From the NCBI GenBank assembly GCA_028280285.1, contig JANQMA010000017.1, forward strand, positions 64,993 through 128,992: DNA of 64,000 nt, written 5' to 3'. The position numbers and the translations under genes are program-made. This DNA is from Candidatus Omnitrophota bacterium. Lineage in GTDB: Bacteria > Omnitrophota > Gorgyraeia > Zapsychrales > Zapsychraceae. This document shows positions 1-10,300 of the stretch, piece after piece. Numbering within the stretch: the stretch's first letter is position 1; each line of letters begins with the position of its first letter. Under the pieces are notes generated by a model. It made no database searches and was not told the DNA's origin. It worked only from the letters and a program-made list of their open reading frames with translations.

Positions 1-12
1 ACGGTTGATGCA

Positions 13-378
13 TTGTGTTTAAAGCAGAATATTGATTGTATCTTTTCGGTTGGTCCCATTGCCACATTGCATGCTCTTCAAAAAGTAATAGCTAATCACA
101 GGATCAAGCATTTCATTCATTTGGCGGCTATTCTTGACTTTGGACTTAAGCATGACTATGAAAGCACGATCCGTCTAAATGGGCAAAGGACCTATTTAGG
201 ATTTAGTCCGTTGATTTACAGTTCAAAGGATATTGACTTGGGGGATATTCTCATGCAAATACAAACATTAAAGGAGTATGATAATTGTCAGCAATTGATA
301 ACCGAGGAGTCTCGTCAGAAAGGCCTGTCGGGGGCTTTGCCGAGGCTGTTGGCGGGCTTAATAAAAGAAAAGCACTAG
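13..378 (+). CDS. C-terminal part of an NfnA/PyrK-like FAD/NAD-binding subunit (probably starts before the window; Fe-S cysteines absent)
   Basis: DCIFSVGP resembles the D-x-V-x-AIGP motif; lies directly upstream of a GltD/NfnB-like gene. Confidence 0.55.
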   Translation: MCLKQNIDCIFSVGPIATLHALQKVIANHRIKHFIHLAAILDFGLKHDYESTIRLNGQRTYLGFSPLIYSSKDIDLGDILMQIQTLKEYDNCQQLITEESRQKGLSGALPRLLAGLIKEKH

Positions 379-1643
379 AGCATGCCGCTATTATGCTTGC
401 AACCAAAGGGCTTCCGGATCACAGAGATGCGCTTCTTAATATTTCTTTGTATGATTTTCTAAGCAATCTTGCAAACGGTGATATTGCATCGGCGCTTAAG
501 ATCATTAAACAGGAAAATTTCCTGCCGACGGTAACCGGACGTTTTTGCAAAGATCCATTTGAAGAGTTCTGTTTGACCGATAAGGACGGCGAGCGTGTAT
601 CCTTTAGAGCTTTAGAGCAATTTGTCGGTGATTATGGTCCTGACAGGCTGCGGGATGTTAAGATAAATACAACGGGTAAAAGCGTCGCAGTGATTGGATC
701 AGGGGTCTCAGGATTAAGTGCGGCCGGTGGGCTGGCGCAACTAGGCCACAGTGTGACGGTTTTTGAAAAAGATGTTCATTGTGGCGGGGTGCTTCATTGG
801 GGTATTCCGTCCTTTCGCTATCCGCGTAAGATATTTGAAAAGGAAATCAAATACCTTAAAAATCTGAGTGTATTGTTTAGGTGTAATTGTTTGATTGGAC
901 AGACAATTGCCTTTGAAGACATAGTTAATGATTTTGATGCCGTGTATGTGAGCACCGGTGCGGGATTATCTAAAACACTTGATGTCGATGGGGAAGATGC
1001 CCCCGGTGTGTACTACGCCGATGATTTTTTAAGGCGGTTTAATCACTGGCAGTCTTTTCCTCAAAGAAAAGATGAATTTGTCTATCCTTTGGGTGAACGT
1101 ATCGCTATTATTGGCAGCGGTAATACGGCTTGTGATTGTGCGCGGGTCTGCCTGCGTTTAGGACGACGTGTAACGATGATTGTTCGGAAAACAGAACAGG
1201 AAATGGGCGTCAGGCGTCAGGTGTTAAAACTCTTAAAAGAAGAAGGCGTTAAGATAGAGAGTCTTGCGAACGTTATTGAAATATTACGCAATGGTAGTTT
1301 TGGCGCATGCGGAGTTAAGGTACGACGTTTTGATTATGCGGAACCCGAGGGAGAGGATGCCTGGATCCTCAAAGAAGTGGCCGGATCGGAGTTCACCGTT
1401 GAAGCGGATAATGTGATTATTGCTATCGGACATACGGCCGATGCCGCTTTAACAAGCACGGTGCACGATTTACAATTAAATAGCGATGGGACGATTTGGA
1501 CGGAGGGTGATTCTACGCAAACGTCGCTTGAGAAGGTTTTTGCCGGGGGTAATGTCGCTGACGGGCCGGGGCCAATCCTTGCGACGATTCTCTCGGCGAA
1601 ACGCGCGGTTTGTGATATTGATGACTGGTTAAACGATAAATAA
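285..1643 (+). CDS. GltD/NfnB-like FAD-dependent NAD(P)H oxidoreductase (glutamate synthase small-subunit family), divergent
   Basis: VAVIGSGVSGLSAA, GGVLHWGIPSFR, IIGSGNTACDCAR and VFAGGNV motifs; TTG start after AAGGAG. Confidence 0.8.
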   Translation: MSAIDNRGVSSERPVGGFAEAVGGLNKRKALEHAAIMLATKGLPDHRDALLNISLYDFLSNLANGDIASALKIIKQENFLPTVTGRFCKDPFEEFCLTDKDGERVSFRALEQFVGDYGPDRLRDVKINTTGKSVAVIGSGVSGLSAAGGLAQLGHSVTVFEKDVHCGGVLHWGIPSFRYPRKIFEKEIKYLKNLSVLFRCNCLIGQTIAFEDIVNDFDAVYVSTGAGLSKTLDVDGEDAPGVYYADDFLRRFNHWQSFPQRKDEFVYPLGERIAIIGSGNTACDCARVCLRLGRRVTMIVRKTEQEMGVRRQVLKLLKEEGVKIESLANVIEILRNGSFGACGVKVRRFDYAEPEGEDAWILKEVAGSEFTVEADNVIIAIGHTADAALTSTVHDLQLNSDGTIWTEGDSTQTSLEKVFAGGNVADGPGPILATILSAKRAVCDIDDWLNDK

Positions 1644-1653
1644 ACAAGTATCT

Positions 1654-1715
1654 TGTGTAAAGTGTAATGTGTTATGTGTAATTTAAATTACACTTTACAC
1701 GTTACACATGACACA
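1654..1715 (+). repeat. Heptamer-arm hairpin (TGTGTAA x4 / TTACACA x4)
   Basis: tgtgtaa agtgtaa tgtgtta tgtgtaa - tttaaa - ttacact ttacacg ttacaca tgacaca. Confidence 0.85.
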
Positions 1716-1724
1716 TTTTTAAAA

Positions 1725-2597
1725 ATGACCATCGATCAAATAAAGAATAAAAAAGGTAAAGAAAAGATCACGATGCTGACGGCGTATGATTATCCGACCG
1801 GGGTGTGGTTGGATAAAGCTGGGGTGGATATTGTGCTTGTTGGGGACTCGGTGGCCAACGTTGTGCTGGGGTTAGATTCGACGACGGATATGACAATGGA
1901 TCAAATGATCTATCATGCGCAGGCTGTCCGTCGGGGCGTTGCAAACGCGCTGCTCATTGGAGATATGCCGTATGAGTCGTATCAGGTCGATCGCAATGCC
2001 GCCGTTGATAACGCTAAGCGGTTCATTGATGAAGCCGGGTGCGACGGAGTTAAACTGGAATGGTTTGATTCTCCTTCGCTCAGTCAAGAAACGAGCAGTG
2101 GAGCTTCGGAGGGCTTGCGTGATTGTGTTGAAGTCGCTTCGGCGATTGTTCAGGCTGGCATCCCGGTTATGGGGCATGTTGGCCTTACACCACAGACGGC
2201 TGAACAACTCGGCGGGATGAAGGTGCAGGGGAAAGACGCGGATTCTGCTAAGGCAATACTTAAACATGCTCAAGCATTAGAAAGCACGGGGTGCTTTAGT
2301 TTAGTGATTGAGTGTGTGCCAAGTCAATTGGCCAAACTCATTACAGATTCCGTTAATATTCCGACGATCGGCATCGGTGCGGGCGCTGACTGTGACGGGC
2401 AAGTCTTGGTGACGCATGATATGCTGGGGTTGTTTGACCGCTACCGCCCGAAGTTTGTGAAAAATTATGTTAACTTATCGGAAGCGATTGTGGATGGTGT
2501 GAAGCAGTATTGTAATGAAGTTAAAGGAGGAAAGTTTCCGGCAGGGGAGCATGAGTTTAATATGAATGAGGAAGATCTAAAAAAATTGAAAGAATGA
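1725..2597 (+). CDS. panB: 3-methyl-2-oxobutanoate hydroxymethyltransferase
   Basis: KITMLTAYD, LVGDS, GHVGLTPQ and IGIGAG motifs; start moved to ATG 1725 because the upstream extension is repeat-derived. Confidence 0.96.
   Translation: MTIDQIKNKKGKEKITMLTAYDYPTGVWLDKAGVDIVLVGDSVANVVLGLDSTTDMTMDQMIYHAQAVRRGVANALLIGDMPYESYQVDRNAAVDNAKRFIDEAGCDGVKLEWFDSPSLSQETSSGASEGLRDCVEVASAIVQAGIPVMGHVGLTPQTAEQLGGMKVQGKDADSAKAILKHAQALESTGCFSLVIECVPSQLAKLITDSVNIPTIGIGAGADCDGQVLVTHDMLGLFDRYRPKFVKNYVNLSEAIVDGVKQYCNEVKGGKFPAGEHEFNMNEEDLKKLKE
2071..2113. repeat. Palindromic element inserted in frame in panB
   Basis: ctccttcgctc...gagcttcggagg; encodes SPSLSQETSSGASEG after KLEWFD. Confidence 0.6.
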
Positions 2598-2601
2598 AAA
2601 G

Positions 2602-2658
2602 GGTGATCTGTAGTCTGTGATCAGTGTTCTGACCACGGACCACAGACCACGGAGCACT
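2602..2658 (+). repeat. Heptamer-arm hairpin (TGTGRTC / GACCACR)
   Basis: ggtgatc tgtagtc tgtgatc agtgttc t gaccacg gaccaca gaccacg gagcact. Confidence 0.85.
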
Positions 2659-2661
2659 TAA

Positions 2662-3564
2662 ATGAGTACACAATTCAAACACCTCCAACGCGCTTTTGCG
2701 CGCAATATTTTTTATTGTGCCCGTACGGTTATTAAACACATACCTTATCCCGTCTACCGCGTTATTTCTATTTTCTTTCTGTGGCTTGGATATTTAATCA
2801 TGTACAAACGCCGCACAATTATGAAACATAATCTTGATCTGGCGTATGGTGATTCGATTACCTCCGAGGAAAAAAGAGATATTCTCAATCAATGTTACAA
2901 AAATGTCGGCCAGGGCATGATCGATTTGATTTATTTTATCGATCGGCCTGAAGAGGTGAAAAAACGTGTTAGATTTGAAGGCTGGGAAAATTTAGAAAAG
3001 GCGCTTGAGGGCGGTAAGGGGGTTATTTTTTTAAGTGGGCATTTTGGGATTTTTATTCTGCTTTACATCCGTATGGCACTTGCCGGGCATGAAGCGAATG
3101 TGATCATGCGCCCGGTCCGCGATGATGACCTGGAAGAATACATTACCAAATTCCGTAAGGAAAACGGTATTAATACTATCTACGCCTTACCGCCGATGCG
3201 TTGCGTAACCCAGTGCCTTAAAGCGCTGCGTAAAAACGGTGTGCTTTTTATTTTGCTTGATCAGCATTATGGTTCCGAGGGCGGGGTTAAGGTTGATTTT
3301 TTCGGGCAACCGGCGGCTACCGCCACCGGGCCGGTTGTTTTTAATAGCCGCACGGGCTCGCCTGTCCTGCCGATTTTCATTGTCCGTGAAGGCGAGGGCA
3401 ATTATCACAAAATCGTGATTGAGCCTCCGGTTGATATTCAGGAGCATGATGATCCTCAAGAAAAAATCCGCATTAATATCCAAAACATGTCGGACATTAT
3501 CGAAAAGTATGTCCGTGCCTACCCCCACGAGTGGAGCGGCTGGCTGCATAAACGTTGGAAATAA
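2662..3564 (+). CDS. Lipid A lauroyl/lysophospholipid acyltransferase (LpxL/HtrB family)
   Basis: GVIFLSGHFG, LLDQH, VDFFGQPA and YPHEW..LHKRWK motifs. Confidence 0.88.
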   Translation: MSTQFKHLQRAFARNIFYCARTVIKHIPYPVYRVISIFFLWLGYLIMYKRRTIMKHNLDLAYGDSITSEEKRDILNQCYKNVGQGMIDLIYFIDRPEEVKKRVRFEGWENLEKALEGGKGVIFLSGHFGIFILLYIRMALAGHEANVIMRPVRDDDLEEYITKFRKENGINTIYALPPMRCVTQCLKALRKNGVLFILLDQHYGSEGGVKVDFFGQPAATATGPVVFNSRTGSPVLPIFIVREGEGNYHKIVIEPPVDIQEHDDPQEKIRINIQNMSDIIEKYVRAYPHEWSGWLHKRWK

Positions 3565-3689
3565 CCGTAACCGGCACCGGGTGCGGGCACACCGGTTAGC
3601 TAAAGGTAACTAGGTGGGAAATAATCTATTTCCTACTTGTTATTTATCCCACTATATTGTATACTTACTTAGTGAGACAGGAGGGCATT

Positions 3690-3992
3690 ATGATAAAAAA
3701 AAGTGTTATTAAAGATTCCCATTTTCGGGAGGTTACCGAAGTAAAGACGGATGCCAAAAACCGGATTACTTTAGGAAAAAATCTCAAATGGCCTAAAGTG
3801 ACAAGTTATGTTGTCTACACCAATGATCTTGGACAAATTGTCCTTGATCCGCAGGTGTCTATTCCTGCGTACGAGCAATGGTTGTTCAAAAATAAGAAAG
3901 CCGCCAAAATGGTGTTTGATGGGCTAGAAGATGCAAAGAAAGGAAACTTCGTCGACGCTCCCGAAGATTTTTCCAAGTATTTAGATGATTAA
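3690..3992 (+). CDS. AbrB/MazE-like antitoxin
   Basis: DAKNRITLG swapped-hairpin-like N-terminus; EQWLFKN...GLEDAKKG C-terminus; GGAGGG RBS; pairs with the downstream gene. Confidence 0.65.
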   Translation: MIKKSVIKDSHFREVTEVKTDAKNRITLGKNLKWPKVTSYVVYTNDLGQIVLDPQVSIPAYEQWLFKNKKAAKMVFDGLEDAKKGNFVDAPEDFSKYLDD

Positions 3993-3995
3993 TTT

Positions 3996-4295
3996 ATGTT
4001 CGAGTTAATATTTACTAAAGCGGCCAAAAGGCACTTAAAAGAAATTGAAAAAGATAGTTCAAAAGCAGGATTGTGTCGGCAGGTCAAAAAATCACTCGGA
4101 TATCTTCAGACAAATCCCAGACACCCTTCTTTAAATACTCATCCGTATGAGGCAATCGACAATCCTATTAATCTTCGCGAAAAGGCCTTTGAGGCTTATG
4201 CGCAAAATAACACACCGTCGGCGTATCGTATTTTTTTCTGTTATGGGCCTGATAAAAAGCAGATTACAATCATTGCCATAACCCCGCATCCATAA
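3996..4295 (+). CDS. RelE/ParE-fold toxin
   Basis: 99 aa; FELIFTKAA, NPRHPSLNTH and YRIFFCYG...ITIIAITPHP. Confidence 0.7.
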   Translation: MFELIFTKAAKRHLKEIEKDSSKAGLCRQVKKSLGYLQTNPRHPSLNTHPYEAIDNPINLREKAFEAYAQNNTPSAYRIFFCYGPDKKQITIIAITPHP

Positions 4296-4361
4296 AAATT
4301 TGCATTTTCCCACCTATATGGCATACTTGCTAGATAATTCCTATTAATATTAGTAAATTTT

Positions 4362-7300
4362 ATGATTATTAAAAGCAGATTAAAAGTTATTATTAATAAA
4401 GTGCTTGTGTCTGTGGTGTTGACGGCTTTTATTATGACAAGCATTGTGCCGGTCAATTTTGCCCAGGCGCAGGTGACACCACCCATGGCCTTGCCGGCGG
4501 TAGGCACACTGGTGCCGTTATCAAGCGCGCACACCCCTGTTCATTTACTTGGCCTTACCGTGAGTCCCGATAATCCGCTTGCCTTTGATTTTTTGATCCA
4601 CTCGGGCGACAATCCGCCGGCCGAACAAACCCTCAAACAAGAAGCCGATACCCTGATCCGTTATTTTTTGGCCTCTTTAACAATCCCTGAAAAAGACATG
4701 TGGGTCAACTTATCCCCGTATGAAGAGGACCGGATCATCGAGGATAATTTTGCCCGGACTGCGATGGGCCGCGATCTGTTGGCAGAGGATTACATGTTAA
4801 AGCAGTTGACGGCATCGCTGCTTTATCCTGACGGCGATATCGGCAAAGTCTTCTGGCGGCGTGTCAGGCAAAAGGCCGAGGCGCTGGGCCTTAAAGATAT
4901 CCCAACCGAAACCTTTCATAAGATTTGGATTACGCCGGAGTCGGCGACTGTTTTTGAAGATGGACAGACGGCGTATGTGGTGGAGTCGAAGCTTAAGGTC
5001 TTGCTGGAAGAGGATTACTTAGCGTACAGCGAACAGCGGATAGCGAATAGTAGTGCTCAGCAATCAGTTGATAACTCTCTAAACGCTAAACGCCATACGC
5101 TAAACGCTGATTTAATGCGCGAGGTCATCATTCCCGAAATTACGCACGAAGTGAACTATGGCGCACACTTCGCCCGCCTGCGTCAAATCTATGGCGCGAT
5201 GGTGCTTGCCACCTGGTTTAAACAAAATTTAAAACAAACGCTGCTCGGGCAAATCTACGCCGATCAAAGCAAAGTCAAAGGCATTGATACAGTTAAAGAG
5301 GACGCCCACAAGCGTATTTACGCCCAGTACATCGATTCAATTAAAAAAGGCGCCTACAACCTGATTAAAGAAGACTATGATCCGGTGGCCCAACGGATCG
5401 TTGCCCGCAAACACTTCTCCGGCGGTTTCGCACCTGATGCCGCGGCCATTACAACCGTTAAGACGGAAAGCCTGAATGCTGCCGATGTAACCACGCAAAA
5501 ACAAATCAACGACTTTGCCTTTAATTTTGATGCGGCTGTTGCGCAAAAGGAAGTTTTTAACGTACAGACATCATTAGCCGAATCTAAAGAAGACCCCGCG
5601 GCGATGAAGGGAGTTATTGATTCAGCAGTAATGAATGTTCAGCAACAAGATGGTGACTACATCACCCAGCTAGATAAGACGGCCGATGCAGCGGGTTTGA
5701 GCCGGAAAATTCAGGATCTACGCACAATGCCGACGGCCACATTGCAGGCCTATTTTAGTATTCTTAAGTCTGACTTTATGACGGGGCGGACAAAATACAC
5801 GTATCGTCAGCATTCGAGTATCCTTAGCGAATACTGGTCCAAACTGTCTGAACATGAAAGTGAGCTGAGTAACGAAAAGTTTTATTTACAAGATCGTGTA
5901 GGCAGATTTCTTGATGTGACTAAATATCTCGAGGATCTGGATCAAAGAGGTATAAAAAAGATTAAATTAAACGGGGTTGATATTTTTCATCATCTATCCA
6001 ATCTAAGCGAGCCTGGATTGAATCAGGAGAAAATGCTCGAGGATATTTTACAAAGCTTTGCCGAACTTAAAATGATTCGTCCCCGCACTGATCCTGATCA
6101 AAATAAGATATCCAACAGCATTGAATTTAAAGAACGTGAAATTAAACACATTTTCCTCGCCAGTCCTGATGTCAACCAATTTGCTCCTCAGGAGCCGCTT
6201 GTGTTGAGTGTCTTGCTCCATCAGGATGGGGATTTTGAGATTGTTGAGGGTTTTGATATTACAAATGAGGATAGCCTGCGTATTGTTCTTGAAAAAGGAC
6301 AGAGGCCGTCTTTTCATTACCCATTGCCGTCAAGGTTAGGGGATTCTATCCGGATCAGCTTAGACCCGAATGATGAAAACAGTTTGGTCTTTGATAGGCT
6401 TGAGGCCCCAACCGAGCTTGTCCATTTTGCCTTAACGGCCGATGCAGCGAGTTTGCATCATTCCGCGCGCGGGAGAATGCGGTTGTCTCTCGATGACTTT
6501 AGTCTATATACCAGCCTATTAAACGAGAATCTGCAAAGCAAATATTTGTGGCATATTATTATTCAATTGGCTCGTCATGATCTACTAACTAAAGGGTTTT
6601 GGAGTAATGTGCTTGATTTTTCTGAGTCTTTTATTGCATATGACGGCCAGGAGTTATTTAATATGTTGAAAGAATCTTTTACCAAGAAGGGTCATCTGTA
6701 TCCTCAAGAATACCTTGCCCACGCGATCAACTCTTTAGCGACCATCAAGCGCCTTGCGCATAATCACTCTAATACATTTGAATTTAAACCGGGCGAGACA
6801 CAAAACATTGTTATGAAGGTCATCGGTAATGATAAAGTTGAGCCCTTTGTCCTGACAGCCCGGTATGACCGACAAAGGCAACAGTTTGCTTTTAAACGCC
6901 CGTCTTCTAATACAGAAGAGGTTGTGTCAATGAATCGCAAACAAATCTTTGAGATTCTGGATTTTTATAGGATTGAGTTGCGTCCTAGGTTGTCAGAGGA
7001 TGGCTGGACAGCAATGCTTGAGATGACTAATGCACACACTTATAGAGAGTTGTTTACCTATGCATTTACGCCACAGTATCCTCTTGTGTCGGTTCCATCT
7101 GGATTACTTTGGGATTATCTGACCTATCTCGGCCAAAACAAACGTAAACTTTATAAAACATTAGGGATTTTCTCTGTCAATGTTTTACTGCCGGTTGTCT
7201 TTGAGGGCCAGAAGTTAAAGGATATTAATTTTGATGGAAAAAATTTACTCTCCTTTGATGTTCGATGGCCGCAATATCAGTTTAGGCCGTTAATGGACAC

Positions 7301-10300
7301 GCTGAAAGAAAAACAACTACATGATCTCAAAAGGAATAGCAATTCAGCTGTTGATACCTACGTGTTTTCTAAAGAAGTTTTTAATAAGTTGGGAATAGTA
7401 AACAGGAGCGATGATTTTCATGCTATTTTTGACACATTGAATAGTCTGCGTTTTGTCAATCACCACCAAAGCAGTAAACAGCATGCACTTATTCCTGTTT
7501 CAGACAAACCAAAGAATGTGCATATTATCCTGAGAGAAAATGAGAACACTCAAAAAGAATTAATGGATGCCACCGTGAGTAAGCTGGCCGATGATTTGCT
7601 TAGCCTAAGTTTTAACGATAAATCTGTAACGGATCTTGTGATTATTCAGGATCAACAAATACGTTTGACAATAGATAACGAAATTACGCTTATTTTACGG
7701 CAGATTAAGGGGAACCTTCAGATTACATACATAACCAATGATCAAAGCATGCGCGATATCTTTCGCTTCACAGTTGGCTTTGATTCGGCGAGTTTGGGCA
7801 AGGAGAAGGATCTTGTTGGTGTGAAAGGGGTTGATGAAGATGCAGAAAATATTACCATCAGTCAATTTTTAGAGAATGCACCAAATACCATGGTGGCGGC
7901 CTTTAAAAACGGGTTTAAAAATAGAACTGATCATTTTGGACTTTTGAAACGTTTAAATAATAATGAAATGACAGCCAAATGGATACTTATGGCCGACAAA
8001 GTTCTGAGAGAGACTGCAGGGGCAGAAATCACCTACAGAGATTTTTCCTTAATAGACTTCTTGAAACAAAAAGGTTTTTCAAAATTGAGGCGTAATACGA
8101 TGTTTAGCCCCGATTTATTTATAACAATGGATGGAAAAAAGTATATTGGTGTATACGTCGGATCAAAAGGACTAAAAAGCACATTGGGTCAATTTTCTTT
8201 GTCTTCGGTTAAACGAAAGTGGTATAAGAAAATTTTACAAATGGATGGCAGCGGATTGGAAGGTATTATTTTATTAATGGATACTGATACGCCTGAATAT
8301 CCTGTACGTGAATTAACACCTATTAATGAGATGAAGGGTTTTTATGCCTTTCCATTATTTGAGAAGGCATTAATAGAAGCTCATCATAGGAAAGATGATT
8401 TAATAGGGTTTCCAAGCCTTTTATATGCTCATAATTTCAATTATGCTGAATCTTATCTTAATGATCTTATTTCGGATGTGCACAATTCTATTGCATTAAT
8501 TTCACGGATTAATTATTTCAGTCCACAGGAGCTGGCAGATTTCAAAAAGGATGTTGCCTATTACGAAGCTCGTGCACAGCAGTATTTAAATTATGCCAAA
8601 GAGGGTTTTAAAGAGCATCGAAAAGTTTTTGATAAATATATTAAAGAGTATAAACAAAGAAAAATTCCGGGTATTTATAAATTAGAAGAAATGATATTTA
8701 CGCGCAATATAGATATAGGTAATGTCCTTGTTACAAGTTTATTTGTATTGCAGACAGCTAAAACTTTAGAGCAGCTGGGATTTGATATTATTGAGTTTGA
8801 AACTAATTTAAATAGATCCACTAAACCGGACATTATCGTGGCAAAAAATGGCAGTAAATATATTGTAGAAGCTCATTGGCGTGAAGTGAGCCAATCTAAG
8901 TTTTTCGAAAGAAATAGTAGGGGATTTAAAAAGCCTTCTCAAAAGAGACGTTATAGACAGTATGTAGATGCGCATTCTGATTTTAAGGGCGTTATTCTGT
9001 CTTCATCATATCGATTTCAAACTCAAAAATCTAATGTAATCTTTAAGCATAAAAACGATGACAAAAGGACAAAAAGAATATTTATAGATATAAGTGATGA
9101 TCAGGATTTAATCGCTAGGAATATTGAACAAAGTTTTGATGAAGAAAGTTTAGGGTATGTAGACCATCAGCTGCTTTCTGATCAGAAGAAAGACGGGTTT
9201 TCTGATTATGCATCCATGTCTGTGATAAACGAAAACTTCTTAAAAGCAAATTTGAAGCCAGGTAAAAGATTAGAAAGTTTTAAGGATAGATTAGCTGATT
9301 ATTTAAATGAACAAATCCTCTTTGTTCAATCAGCAAAATCACGTGAAAAAATTTATGATCAAGTTGATCTGTTTTTAAGTGGTATTGATAGTTTGATTGA
9401 GGAGTATTTTTTAGACTCAATTGATGTGGATGAAATGTTAAGCGAATATGGGAAGGAATTAATGGCAGATCTGATGGCAGCAGGTGGAGTGAAAAGTGTT
9501 CAAGAGGCTGCAGTGCTCTTACAACGTCTTTTGGTTGTTGCTTTTGAGATGAATCATCGTTTTCTTGAGTTTAAAAATAATAATATTAAAGACGCTGATA
9601 CGGCGAAAAGGTATATTGATCAGTTTCTTAATCCAGGTATTTTAGAGCTCGCACGTAGGGCAGAACAGATGTATAAAAAATTAAAAGTGGCTTATGACAA
9701 TTTTTCCGTTATGGAGGAGTCTTATGTTCAAAGGAGAGGCTCAAATGAATCATTTGAACTGATGATAAAACGCTTTAAAGATGCGTTTTTTTCTGAATAT
9801 GGTTCGGAAACAATGCAGAAGGCTAAGGCAAGTTTTTCTAAAGGCGGCGTACTGCAAAAGCTTAGGGATTTTAAGTTTTCAAATGACAAACTTACTCAAG
9901 AGCAATTAGATGTACTTATAGAGTATGAGACAGTAGTGGATGAGATTGATCAAACGTTGCGTCCAATTTCTAAATATTGGGAGATTTTAATCACATTTTA
10001 TAATGACTTTGCTAACGATGTGGGAGCACAAGTAATACCGCTTAATGAAGGCCCATCCGTTTCCGTAAATTTCAACTTTCATAATCAATTTTCAGGTTTA
10101 AGTGGGGAAAGAACTAGTCTTAACGACGCGGCGGGGTTAAGTAAACAGGCGCAAGCTATGACGAAACTATCTCTTGGCCCATTGGAAAGACATTTAGAAG
10201 TTCTTGAAGCCTTTGAAGAGAAAGGTGTTTTAACATACTCTCTGGAAAATTACATGGAAGTTATCACAATGGGGGTAAACCCCAATAAAATAGGGGATTT

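Noticed and set aside
1674-1724. N-terminal extensions of panB, the SDR (33108-33200) and CinA (62047-62157) in the ORF track
   Set aside because: They are read-through of repeat or hairpin DNA; family homology starts at downstream ATGs.
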